Shown here: positions 1-10,458 of the stretch, one piece after another
Numbering within the stretch: the stretch's first letter is position 1
How the letters are laid out: each line of letters starts with the position of its first letter
NCBI GenBank assembly: GCA_963765765.1
Contig: CAVXYC010000001.1
Span: forward strand, 128,001 to 192,000
Reading direction: 5' to 3'
Length of the DNA: 64,000 nucleotides
Source of the DNA: an uncultured Chloroflexia bacterium
Lineage (GTDB): Bacteria; Chloroflexota; UBA6077; JACCZL01
The notes under the pieces: generated by a model
Databases searched by the model: none
Told to the model about the DNA's origin: nothing
The model's input: only the letters and a program-made list of their open reading frames with translations
Position numbers and translations under genes: made by a program

Positions 1-2
1 GA

Positions 3-1100
3 CTACTTGAGACGGAGAACGTTGTGGACACGGACGGTGTCCTGGAATCCCTTGAGCTCGAGGTCTCCGACGGGCTCCACTTCGATGAGGTCCCGTACCG
101 CGGTGTAGACCGGCTCGCTGATCAGGATCTGCCCATCGCCGGCTATGCTGCACAGGCGGGCCGAGCGATTCGTCACGCTGCCAATTGCGGCGTAATCCCA
201 GCGGCTTTCGAACCCGATCCTTCCGAGCGTGGCGAATCCGTGGTCGATTCCAACCCCGAATCCCAGCTTCCGGCTTCCACCTAGCTTTTCGCGCCACCTC
301 TCGGTGCGCTCTAGCATCTGTTCCTGCATCTTCACCGCCATCGTGACGGCCCGCTCCTGCGGATTGGGCTGCTCGATCGGGTCATTGAAGAAGACCATCA
401 GGCCGTCTCCGGTGAACCGCTCGAGCGTGCCCTCATAGAAGTCGATAAGCTCCCCGAGGACCTTGTGATAATCGTTGAGCACGCCGATAACGTCTTCAGG
501 CTCCGCCCTGGCTGCAAAATCGGTGTACCCGCGCAGGTCGCAAAACACGACCGTAATTGCTCGTCGACGGCTATCCAACAGCGTCTCGTCGCCGGATGTC
601 ATGATGAGCTGAGCAACCTGCGGCGGGAGATAGCGTCGGAGCCGACCGAATCGCTGTAGCTCATCGACTTGTTGTCTCACGCGGGCGTCTAGAGTTCGGT
701 TCAGCTCATCCAATTCATCGTGCAGTGCCTTGATCCGCAGCATCGACCTGACACGGGCCACCAGCGCGTCTGGATCGACCGGCTTCGTAATGTACTCGTC
801 GGCGCCCGCCTCGAGACCGACGACGATATCGGATGATTCCGCCTTGGCGGTGACCATGATGATCGGGATAAACGGGAGTGATTGATCACGCTTCAGCTCG
901 CGGCAGACCTGAATTCCGTCGACTCTTGGCATCATGATGTCCAGCAAGACCACGTCGGGCTGTTCGGCACGAGCTACAGCCAGCGCCTGTTCGCCGTCCC
1001 CGGCTGTTAACACCTCGTAAGCCCGTGCTAATCGGTCGCGTAAGAACATCACCGCGTCGGGATTGTCGTCGACGATGAGTATTCGCGGCGGAGTTCTCAC
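3..1100 (-). CDS. Response regulator receiver fused to class III adenylate/guanylate cyclase
   Basis: N-terminal REC (ILIVDD, VLLDIMMP, YITKP); cyclase motifs VFCDLRGYT, FTGDGLM, GIDHG, NRSARL. Confidence 0.93.
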   Translation of the reverse strand: MRTPPRILIVDDNPDAVMFLRDRLARAYEVLTAGDGEQALAVARAEQPDVVLLDIMMPRVDGIQVCRELKRDQSLPFIPIIMVTAKAESSDIVVGLEAGADEYITKPVDPDALVARVRSMLRIKALHDELDELNRTLDARVRQQVDELQRFGRLRRYLPPQVAQLIMTSGDETLLDSRRRAITVVFCDLRGYTDFAARAEPEDVIGVLNDYHKVLGELIDFYEGTLERFTGDGLMVFFNDPIEQPNPQERAVTMAVKMQEQMLERTERWREKLGGSRKLGFGVGIDHGFATLGRIGFESRWDYAAIGSVTNRSARLCSIAGDGQILISEPVYTAVRDLIEVEPVGDLELKGFQDTVRVHNVLRLK

Positions 1101-1459
1101 GATAGATGCTCCCGAATCTTGGCCAGGAGGGCTGCCGGATCAAATGGCTTCGCCAGATAATCGTCGCAACCGGCCTCCAGCGCATTGCGGTCATCCCCGC
1201 TCCACGCAAAGGAGGTGACGGCGATGATCGGGATGTGGCGGAGTGCCGGGTCGGCTTTCATCCGCCGCGCCGCCTCGTGGCCATTCAGGCGGGGCAGCCA
1301 CAGCTCCATCAGGATAAGGTCGGGTGAGCATGACGCTGCCAGTTGTATGCCCGCTTCTCCATCTCCCGCCTCGATGATCTCGTAGTCCTTCTTCAAGCGG
1401 TCACTCAGGGCCAGGCGGCTGTCTTCCTGGCTATCAACGACCAGAATAACCTTGTTCAT
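1097..1459 (-). CDS. Single-domain response regulator (DivK/CheY-like), atypical
   Basis: REC fold with IIAVTS and YLAKPF; expected phospho-Asp reads Glu (LILME). Confidence 0.88.
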   Translation of the reverse strand: MNKVILVVDSQEDSRLALSDRLKKDYEIIEAGDGEAGIQLAASCSPDLILMELWLPRLNGHEAARRMKADPALRHIPIIAVTSFAWSGDDRNALEAGCDDYLAKPFDPAALLAKIREHLS

Positions 1460-4364
1460 GCTGTTGCCGCCTGCTGGTCGGTCCGGATCGGCAGCGTGAA
1501 CCAGAAGGTAGAGCCTTTCCCCAGGGTCGACTCCACCCAGATCTGGCCACCGTGAAGCTCGATGATTGCCTGAGCGATGTGGAGCCCGAGCCCCGTGCCG
1601 CCCTTCTCGCGCGTGCTCGAGCTGTCCACCTGGTAAAAGGGCTCGAAAATGTCCTTGAGATGAGCTTCGGAAATCCCAGGGCCGGTGTCTCGCACGGAGC
1701 CGGTAAATGTCGCGTCATCGGCCTTTACCTCGACACGAACCTCGCCAGCCTGAGTAAATTTGATCGCGTTGCCGACCAGGTTGCGCACTGCCCGGGTGAT
1801 CATTCGCTCGTCACCGCGTCCGATCGGCAGAGGCTGGAGTGAGGTTTTTAGACTCAGCCCAGTCCCGGCAGCCAGCGGTTCGACGAAGTCTAGTGCGGTC
1901 TGAACGATACCCGGCCACGAGTAGTCCTCTATCTTGAGGTCATATGTGCCGCCTCGATCTTGGTGAGATCAAGGACTTCATTGATTAGACCCATGAGATG
2001 ATGGCTGGCGTTCAGGACCCGCGTCAGTCGGTCAGGAACTTCCTGTTCCGGCACATAACCCTCGAGAACGTTCCGGGTGTGATTCACGATGACGTTCAGT
2101 GGATCTCGCAGCTCATGCGACATGTTGGCCAGGAAACGAGTCTTTCGCTGGCTGGCAATCTTGAGTTCCGCACTCGTATCCTCAAGCTCACCGAACAGAC
2201 GCGCGTTCTGCATCGCCAGCGCTGACTGGCCGGCGAAGGCTTGGAGCAGCTCAGTCACGGCCGGCGGGAAGAGGCCCGGCTGGCGGCGTGCGACGACCAG
2301 GCCTCCGATGACCCGGTTCTCCACGAGTAGCGGGACGGCCAGGAGCGAGCGCATACCGGCCGCGATCAGCTCCTCGCGCAGTCGCCCCGCGTAGCTACCC
2401 GCTTCGGCAATGTCGACGATCTGCACAGCCGCGCGCTCCTGCGCGGCCCGCCCGACCGCCCCTTCTCCCAGACCGATCGGTGCGTCCGCCAGCTTCTCGG
2501 TCAACCCGGGTTGGCTTGTGCTGGTGCTGCGCAGGCGGAACTCCCCGGTCGACTCGTCCAGCTCGTAGATAGCGCCGCCGTCGGCTCCCGAAAGCTGGAC
2601 GGCATGCTCCACAATCGTCGGGAGCACTGCCTCGAAGTCGAGCGTCGAGCTGACTGCTTGGCTGACGTCGCTCAGCCCCCGCAGCTCATGGATCCTCTGC
2701 GCCAGCTCCTCGAACAGGCGGGTCAGCTCGAGGGCGATCACGATTTGATCGGCGAACGTCTCGAGCATACCGATCTGATCGTCGGTGAAGGGCTTGGCCT
2801 GTTCGCGCCCGATGGAGATGACACCGACCGCCTCGCCGTCGCGCTGGATTGGCGTTGACAGCGCGCTGAGATGCCCAATTTCGACGCGCTCGCTCTGCGC
2901 ATACTTCGCCGCACCGCTCGCGGAGAGGTCAGGCTCGTTGATCGTATTGACTTCGGCGGCCGCGCGCCCGGTGATCCAATCCCGGCTGATGGGGCGCCCG
3001 ACACCAACTTCCGGTGCGAACGTGCCGTACCCCGCTACTCGCCTCAGGGCGTCGCCCTTGCGCAGCCAGATCGAGGATCCATCAGCCTCGCACAGGCTTG
3101 CCGCCTTCTCGGCCACCGCCTCTAGCACGGCCTGACGGTCAGACGGCGACCCCGCGATGATGCGTAGCACCTCGCTAATGGCCGTCTGGCGCTTCAGGCT
3201 CTCGTCTCGCTCGCCCAACGCCTCGGTGAGCTCAGCGGTCCGCTCCTTGACCTGCTGCTCGAGTGTGGCGCGTTCCTCCCGAAGCTGGGCGCTCATGCGG
3301 TTGAACTCGGCCGCCAGCGCCTCCAGCTCGTCGCCGGTCTGCAGGTCGATGCGCTGTTCCAGGTCGCCCGCGCCGATCCGAGCTGCGCCCTGCTGCAGGG
3401 CGCGAATCGGTCTGACCATCGCGCGCGCCAGGAGCAGGCTGGCTAGCGCCGATAGGATGAGACCACACAGCAGCAAGATGGCGGTCCGCACCACCGATCC
3501 GTAGAGCGGCGCCAGCGCCTCCTGCTCCGGTTGCTCCGCGATGACCGACCAGCGTAGTGGCTCGATCGTGGCGTGCGCGCTGAGGGCTTCCGGTCGGCAC
3601 GCGTCGCGGGGCAAACCCGGCGCGGCGCCGGGCTCCCGCCCGAGCGCCGCGGCAACCTGCGGGCAGGAGCTGAGATTGAGTCTCTGGTACATCAGGTTGA
3701 TGTCGTGGTGCGCCACGAGCTGGCCCTGTTCGTCGACGACGAACGCGCGGCCGGTCTGGCCGATCTTGATCCGATCGATCACGTCGCGGACGTAGGTGAG
3801 GTTCACCTCGGCTACCGTCACCCCCTGCCGAGCCCCCCGCCCGCGCACCGCGATGGTCATGTACGGCTCGTACCGGTCACGCAGGTACATCGCGCTGAAA
3901 TACGGCTCCGCAGCGGGCCTGACGAACCTGTCATCCCGACTGAAGTCGATACCGCTGTCGACGACATTCATCGTGAGTCGTGAGACGCGGAGTCGTTCGA
4001 TGCCAGCCTCGTCCAGATGGCTCAGCTCGGTGATTGACGGCACGAGCCGCAACAGGCTGAGGTAACCGACGAGACGCTCATGCTCCGCTTCCGAGCCCGC
4101 CAGCGGCACCGGCTGCAGCGCCCATTCGATCTGGCGGTGAATGTCCAGCACGAACTGGTCGATTCGCCCTGCCGCGTCGCTCGCCTCCTGGCGAAGCAGC
4201 TCCCCTCGACTCTCGCGGATCTGCACGTTCGTGAAGTACAGCTCGACTAGGCTGCTCGTCACGAGTGCGCCACTTACCAGCAGGACGATGATCCCGACGT
4301 ACTTCCAGAAGATCTGGGGTGTCCGCCGGCGCGGGCGCCCCGCCTGGCGCTCTCGGGCTAGCAT
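1456..4364 (-). CDS. Sensor histidine kinase (TM-dCache-TM-HAMP-GAF-GAF-HisKA-HATPase); frameshift near 1938
   Basis: H-box FLANMSHELRDPL; N-box NLVGNAIKFT; G-boxes DTGPGI and GGTGLGL; ORFs 1929-4364 and 1456-1803 join with one indel. Confidence 0.92.
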
Positions 4365-5546
4365 CTCGGCATCCCCAGTGGGCCGTCTAGCACCTCGTCA
4401 ACCTGGGCACGCAACGAGCGCGGGATCGTCAGTCCAAGGTCCTGCGCGGTGCGCAGGTTGACGACCAGCTTGAACTGTTGAGCTTTCTCGATCGACAGCT
4501 CGGCCGGCTTGGCACCATTGAAGATTCGATCGACGAGGGCCGCGGCGCGGTGATAGCGCTCGACGAAGTCGGGCCCGTACGCCATTAGTCCGCCGCGATC
4601 GGCGAAGTTAGGCACCCCGTAGATGCTGGGCAGCCGAGCCGCGGCGGCGCAATCCACAATGGTGCTGCTATTAGAGTTGAGAATCGTCGAGGCAAAGGCC
4701 GCCAGCGCCTCGACGCGCTCAAGACGAGCCCGCGCGAAGGCAGTCGGAATCTGGTCCGGAGCGCTGACCCCGAGCGAGACGATCTCGAGACCCAGCCGCT
4801 CGGCCACGGTCTCGGTCTCCTGCCACTCGCCACAGTCGCCGGCGTTAAGCGGGTTCCACAGTATCCCCACGCGGCGGACATCCGGCATGAGCTCCTTGAG
4901 CAGCTCAAGCCGCTTGCCTGCAAGCTCCTTGGCGCCTGACGCCAGGCCGGTGATGTTCCACTCCTTCCCAGTTTCGTCCATCTCCAGCGGCGCCCGCTCG
5001 GGGGCGTTGCAGCGCGGTGAGCGTGTCTCGGGGGACACAGCTTCGTCCCACTCCCCGGGCATGGCCAGACTTCTCACGATTCCGGATCCGACCGGATCGC
5101 TGCCGCTACTCACGATAGGGATGCGCTTCTGGGCAGTGGCCATCTTTGCCTGCTCGCTAGCCTGAGTGCCGAACGCGACGATGACGTCGAAGTCGTCTCG
5201 GACCACCTGCTCGGCTAGGGTCTTCAACGTCTCGGTGTTGCCGTCGGCGAAGTAGCGCTCCACGACGACATCTTCCCCGAATGCAGCCCGCAGCCGGCGC
5301 AGCTCGGCCTCGAACTCAACGAGCTCGGGGGGCGGGATCGTCCGCTCGGGCGTTGTCGAGGTAGGCCACGCGGCGCATCGTGGCCGGTTGCTGGGCCCCA
5401 GGAGGCGAGAACATCGACCTGGTAAACGCTACGCTAAGACCCAGCAGCAGCAGCGCGGTGACGCTAGCCAGCAGGAGCTGACGACCCCGACCACGAAGCG
5501 CTGCCCTCAGCCACTGCATCCCAGGTTCGCCAGCTACGCGGCTCAT
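4358..5546 (-). CDS. ABC_sub_bind-family substrate-binding protein; frameshift near 5330
   Basis: DPVGSGIVRSLA, NITG, KRLELLKELMP, GGLMAYGP, GAKPAELSIE, LVVNLRTAQDLGLTIP; N-terminal TM segment in ORF 5316-5546. Confidence 0.88.
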
Positions 5547-6052
5547 GCCCCGCTCTCCCCGCCTGCCAGCGTCTGCGGAATGACCAATCTGAACCGCCTC
5601 GGTTTCTCGACGGGGAGCTGAGATGGCTTCGCGCCATGGGTGGCCTCGATCGACTGGGTCCCAAAGGCGACAATGGCCTCGAGATCGAGAGCCGCCAGCT
5701 CCTCAGCAAGCTCACCCAGCCTGGAGACGGCGCCCTCCGCGTATCGGTACTCGAACGCGATGGTCTGACCTTCGATGTAGCCGAGCTCACGAAGCTGATC
5801 GCGGAATGCCTCAAGCTCTCCGGGGCGAGAGCCTGGTGAACCGGGATCGAGGTACCCGATCCGCCGGATCCTGGTGGCGACGTCTGTCTGAGGTGGCACT
5901 TGCCCGCCCCGCACGAGCGGCAGAGTCACCAGGCCTATCGCTACGCCGGTAATGCCTCGGAGGAATACACGGCGGCCCTGGGAACGACCGATACGAAGGC
6001 TGGATCCTAAGGCTGAGCTTGCGAGGTGTCCGCCCGTCATACTCGCACTCAC
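5543..6052 (-). CDS. Internally deleted (mini) ABC_sub_bind protein
   Basis: RRVFL leader, RRIGYL, FRDQLRELGYIEGQTIAFEYRYAEG joined directly to the C-terminal GAKPSQLPVEKPRRFRLVI. Confidence 0.75.
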   Translation of the reverse strand: MSASMTGGHLASSALGSSLRIGRSQGRRVFLRGITGVAIGLVTLPLVRGGQVPPQTDVATRIRRIGYLDPGSPGSRPGELEAFRDQLRELGYIEGQTIAFEYRYAEGAVSRLGELAEELAALDLEAIVAFGTQSIEATHGAKPSQLPVEKPRRFRLVIPQTLAGGESGA

Positions 6053-6239
6053 CGTCGAGGCGCTTCTTGGCCGCGGAACGGCAAGGATCCTTTCTGTCGG
6101 CGTCTGCTCCTAGGTCGGCGCCGCGTCCGCACCTACTCTACGACTGCGGATGCCCTGCATGTTATCCCCATGGGGACAGTATTTCTGTCGCTCCTGGAAC
6201 AGAATTGGCGAAATTCTCGACTGGTTGGAGGTGCGCAGG

Positions 6240-6938
6240 TCATTCGTCGGGGAAACTTACCCAGCACTTGAGCGCATCCGGGTCCAGAACAACGATATGG
6301 CGGCCCCGACGGTTAATCGCACCCTCGTCTTCGAAGAATCCGAGCAGCTCGTTCACACGAGGCCGCCGCCCGCCAATCATGCTCGCCAGCTCTTCCTGGG
6401 TGAGCGAGACCTGGATCTCGACCGCACCGTCGGTCAGCTGCCCCTGCGTGTTGGCTAGCTCGAGCAGCTTCCTTGCCAGTCGACCACGGAGGCGAACAAA
6501 CATCAACGCGCTCACGTCTTCGGTGAGCCGACGGATGGTCCGGGCCAGCGCGGAGAGCAGCGCCTCGGCAACGGTTGGCTCACGCCGCAGGAGATCCAGG
6601 AAATCGGCGCGACTCAAAGTGGCCGTCTCGACGTCTTCCAATGCGATGACCGTCGCGGAGCGCGGCCCGCCATCCAGCAACGTCAGCTCGCCGAACATCT
6701 CGCCCGGACCGACGATGGTAAGCACGGCGTCTTCACCGGTCTCGGCTGAAGCCAGGATTTTGAGACGTCCCTGGCGGACCAGGTGGAGCGTTTCGCCTGG
6801 GTCGCCCTGGTGGAAGACCACCTCGTTGCGCCGGTAGCGGCGGCGGCTCAGGCGCGCGGTGAGTGCCCGTCGAGCCTCGTGTGCGAGGCCGTGCAGGATA
6901 GGCGATTCGCGGAAGAGATCCGACTCCGCCTGCTCCAT
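6240..6938 (-). CDS. Crp/Fnr family transcriptional regulator
   Basis: cNMP-binding VFHQGDPG, GEMFGELTLLDGGPRSATV; HTH LTQEELASMIGGRRPRVN. Confidence 0.93.
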   Translation of the reverse strand: MEQAESDLFRESPILHGLAHEARRALTARLSRRRYRRNEVVFHQGDPGETLHLVRQGRLKILASAETGEDAVLTIVGPGEMFGELTLLDGGPRSATVIALEDVETATLSRADFLDLLRREPTVAEALLSALARTIRRLTEDVSALMFVRLRGRLARKLLELANTQGQLTDGAVEIQVSLTQEELASMIGGRRPRVNELLGFFEDEGAINRRGRHIVVLDPDALKCWVSFPDE

Positions 6939-7176
6939 CTCGTCGACAAGTATAACGGCACTCACACTATCCAGGGCCCTGGCTACGAAGCAATCGGGCG
7001 CTTGTCCATTGAACTTCTCCTGCACGTCAGCTGTCCCCAATCGGACAGCGCAATGGTCCCCGGGAGCATGGTCGTAGTCGCCGACTTAGCTCACGCTGTG
7101 GGCATCACAGTCGGACGCACAGCCTGAGCTGATTGATCGACAGGCAGGTGGCCGAAGGATGAAAGGAAGTACGGAA

Positions 7177-8079
7177 ATGGCCTGGAATTTTCTCGAACCG
7201 ATCGCCACGATGCCCGGGCCCCAGTTTCTCCTGCTGTACGGGTGCGTTATCGCCCTGACGCTCGCGCTCTGTCGCTGGGTGGTGCGTCGCCCGGATCTGG
7301 ACCGCGGAGCTGCCGCCACTACCGATTACATCCGAGCCGAATCCATACGAGATCGCGTACCTCCGCGGCGGCGCGAATGAGCTGTCGCGGCTACTCATAT
7401 TCAGCCTGATGGAGCGAGGGTATCTCTCGATTGTCGATCCGAAGAAGCACCAGATTCAGTGGGCGCGGGAGCATCCGGATTCCGCGCGGTTGACCCCCAT
7501 CGAACTTACCATGCTCCGATCGTTTTCGGAGCCTCGTGAAACTCGGGAGGTGTTCCACGGTATTTCAGACCGGATCGAGCTTCACTGCGCGATCTACCGA
7601 GAGCGCCTTGAGGCACATGACCTGCTCGACTGGCGTGACGAACGGCAGGGCCATGTCCGGGGAGTGCGCCTGGCGGGCGCGGCCGTCATCCTGTGCCTGG
7701 GGATCTTCAAGTTGCTGGCCGCGACCGCAGCGGGTCACGCCAACATCGGCTTCCTCATCATCATGGCGGGCATGTCGCTTGTGGTGCTGGCGCAAGTAAC
7801 CAAGTCGGCCTCGCCTCAGTAGCCGAGGACAGGACTACGTGGAACGACTCCGACTGGCGTACGGGAGTCAGCCGTCGGAGAGAGCCACGATGTCTATGAA
7901 CGGGGCGGAGCCAGCGGCGCTGCTCTTCGTCGGCCTCTTCGGCCTGGGGGCGCTCGAGGGAATCAGCCACGAGATCTACGCGGAGCTATTCCCTAATGTG
8001 AGCTCGGGGCGGAGTATGAGCGGGGGAACCGAGGGTTGCGGAGCCCGGGTGTGGCGGCTGTGGCGGCTGTGGTGACTAG
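7177..8079 (+). CDS. TIGR04222-domain membrane protein with Cys/Gly tail (several frameshifts)
   Basis: MPGPQFLLLY, PYEIAYLRGG, further TM segments, C-terminus CGGCGGCGD-stop at 8050-8079. Confidence 0.8.
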
Positions 8080-8929
8080 GGCACCGGAGACGACCTCGGT
8101 TACTGCTACCCGCGCTTGGGGTGTTGGGCTGGGGTATCGCCAACCGTTCCGAGCCGAGCCTCTTCCGTCAACGGCGTGCGGTCGACCTTCTGGAGATCAC
8201 GCTGGATCACTACCTCGACGCGTCGAGCGAGAACGAGCAGGAGCTGAAATTGCTCGCCGAACACTTCACGCTCATCCTCACGGACTCAACCTCTCCCTGG
8301 GCAGCGCCGAAGGGCTCGATGAAGAGTACGTTCAGCGGGTAGCCCGGCTGGTGCGACGGCTGGACCCACCGTGGTGGAGCGAGCACATCGCCTTCACCCG
8401 AGCGGGCGGTCGTGAGATCGGCCACCTTGCCCCACTACCGTACACGCGCGAGGCAGTTGACGTGGTGTGCCAGAACATCGCGGAGCTACGTCGCCACCTC
8501 GACGTGCCCCTCATTCTCGAGAACATCAGCTACACGGTTGACCTGCCCGGTGGGGAGATGACCGAAGCAGAGTTCATCGCGGAAGTGGTGGAACGCGCCG
8601 ATTGTGGGCTGCTGCTCGACGTCATGAACCTGCACGCCAACGCCGTCAATCACGGCTACGATCCCGAGCGATTCCTGGAGCGGATCCCGCTCGAGCGCGT
8701 GGTGCAGTTGCACTTTGTTGGAGGCCACTGGTCTCATGGCGTGATGGTGGACAGCCACTCGCAGGCAACACCCGAGGGAGTGTGGACGTTACTGGAGGCC
8801 GTCCTGTCCCGTGCACCCGTCAAGGGCATGATCCTGGAGCGGGATCAGAACATTCCGCCGTTTCAACAGCTCATCGGTGAGCTAGAGCGTGCGCGGGTTA
8901 TCGGAAGGCGGCACGGACGATGGGCTTAG
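8072..8929 (+). CDS. DUF692 family multinuclear non-heme iron oxidative enzyme (MNIO); compensating frameshifts at about 8160-8280
   Basis: GVGLGYR, HGLNLSLGS, WWSEHIAF, LILENI, LLLDVMNL, QLHFVGG, VDSHS, ILERD. Confidence 0.93.
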   Translation: MTRAPETTSVTATRAWGVGLGYRQPFRAEPLPSTACGRPSGDHAGSLPRRVERERAGAEIARRTLHAHPHGLNLSLGSAEGLDEEYVQRVARLVRRLDPPWWSEHIAFTRAGGREIGHLAPLPYTREAVDVVCQNIAELRRHLDVPLILENISYTVDLPGGEMTEAEFIAEVVERADCGLLLDVMNLHANAVNHGYDPERFLERIPLERVVQLHFVGGHWSHGVMVDSHSQATPEGVWTLLEAVLSRAPVKGMILERDQNIPPFQQLIGELERARVIGRRHGRWA

Positions 8930-9519
8930 CGCGGGTCCAATGGCTGCTCGCCCAGCTTTACACTGACGCAAACCTACGGGAACGCTTCTTCGCCGACACT
9001 CACGCGGTGAGCGAAGAGTACGGGCTTTCGCCTGACGAGGCGAAGCACCTGTGCCAGCTCTCGGCGGCACAGGTCACCTTCTTCGCTGACTCGCTGCGAC
9101 GCAAACGGCTCAACGCTGCCGCGAAATTGCTGCCGCTCTCGGTCTATGCCCTTGGCAAACGCTTTGCTGAGCTTTTCACGGAGTTCGCCGATACATTCGT
9201 GCCGAGTGGCACCAATAAGCAGCGTCAAGACGCCAGAGCATTCGCCAGCTTTATCGAAGGCATCGCGCGGGGCCGTCAGATCGGTCCGCCCTGGGTGCTC
9301 GAGCTGATACGCTACGAGGCCGCGGAGCTGGCCGCGGCAGACCCCACCAGCCACTGCGTCATCCGCTGGTTTCGCGAGCCAATCAGCATGCTGATGCAGC
9401 GATCCGCCGAGGATCTCCAGGCGTGGCACGAACCCTCGCGGCCCACACTGGCGATCTGGTGTCGCCTCTCACCACGCCGTCGACCCTGGCATATCGCCGT
9501 GTCACTCCCTCACTTCTAA
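8920..9519 (+). CDS. DUF692 partner protein (SCO6045/DUF2063-like)
   Basis: Overlaps the MNIO stop; LAQLYTDANLRERF, SLRRKR, LLP, LIRYEAA pattern. Confidence 0.7.
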   Translation: MGLARVQWLLAQLYTDANLRERFFADTHAVSEEYGLSPDEAKHLCQLSAAQVTFFADSLRRKRLNAAAKLLPLSVYALGKRFAELFTEFADTFVPSGTNKQRQDARAFASFIEGIARGRQIGPPWVLELIRYEAAELAAADPTSHCVIRWFREPISMLMQRSAEDLQAWHEPSRPTLAIWCRLSPRRRPWHIAVSLPHF

Positions 9520-9653
9520 AGTCGAAGCCGCTCGGTGTTATGTGTATGTGAGCGCCGGGTTCCTGCTTGGTGTGCGTCTGACGCACCTCTCTGCCGGACG
9601 CCAACCTTTCTGGTTCCAAATTTAAGTCGCACGCAATATTCCTCGAGCCAGCC

Positions 9654-9681
9654 TGTCGATTTGGCGCCTCTCTGTTCGACT
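9654..9681 (+). promoter_or_regulatory. Putative ECF-sigma promoter or operator, TGTCGATT-N13-TTCGACT
   Basis: Same motif recurs upstream of the paralogous DoxX gene at 10399-10425. Confidence 0.5.
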
Positions 9682-9710
9682 TCCTGATAACAACCCGCGG
9701 GGAGGACTCG

Positions 9711-10115
9711 ATGAACAAGGTGCTCTGGACGCTACAGGTGCTACTCGGACTTTTCTACGCGCTCGCCAGCGGTATGCCGAAGCTGGTGTTTCTCGATCAG
9801 CTACCACCGGCCCCGATACCGCTGCCCGTTCCGTTCGTACAGTTTATCGGCGTTTGCGAAGTGCTTGGTGGACTGGGCTTGATCTTGCCCGGCCTCACTC
9901 GCATCCAGCCCGGTCTCACGCCCCTGGCGGCCGCGGGGCTCGTGATCATCACAATTGGAGCCACGGGCTACAACCTTTTAGCTGGAATGCCGGAGAGCGC
10001 AGTGTTCGCGGCGGTCATTGCGCTACTGGTTGCGTTCGTCGGCTACGGTCGTTGGAAGCTGCTACCGCACCGTGCTCGCCCCAGTGTAGGAGAAGCTAGC
10101 GCGTACGCACTCTAG
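9711..10115 (+). CDS. DoxX family membrane protein
   Basis: LWTLQVLLG, SGMPKL, FIGVCEVLGGLGLILP, LTPLAAAGL; GGGAGG RBS. Confidence 0.88.
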   Translation: MNKVLWTLQVLLGLFYALASGMPKLVFLDQLPPAPIPLPVPFVQFIGVCEVLGGLGLILPGLTRIQPGLTPLAAAGLVIITIGATGYNLLAGMPESAVFAAVIALLVAFVGYGRWKLLPHRARPSVGEASAYAL

Positions 10116-10398
10116 CTATGCACAACCTCGCAATAGCCTGCGTCCATTGGACGCAGGCTATTCATTTAGAGATCAAACCAACTGTCTCTGTTTTCCCTAG
10201 CGGGTTAGCCCGGGCGAGCCGCGCAGGTGGGTGGGCCAAACGAGCTGGCCGGCCAGCAAGCACCGGGACCGCCGACATCCTGTCGGCCCGGCCGCCGAGG
10301 CCGTACTTCAGCCGATGCTCCACGCATCACATGAGGAAGTCGCTAGAACGCGGCCGAGGGCCGGGCCGACAGGATGTCGGCGGTCCCTGACTCAGTCT

Positions 10399-10425
10399 TG
10401 TCGATTCAGTCATACCTATTCGACT
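10399..10425 (+). promoter_or_regulatory. Putative ECF-sigma promoter or operator, TGTCGATT-N12-TTCGACT
   Basis: Copy of the motif at 9654-9681. Confidence 0.5.
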
Positions 10426-10458
10426 CACTGATAACACCACGCAGGGAGGAACGGGATC

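Noticed and set aside
4358-4364. SBP-kinase fusion hidden by a frameshift
   Set aside because: The SBP ends just after its normal C-terminal motif and the kinase has its own N-terminal TM. A 7-bp overlap is ordinary coupling.
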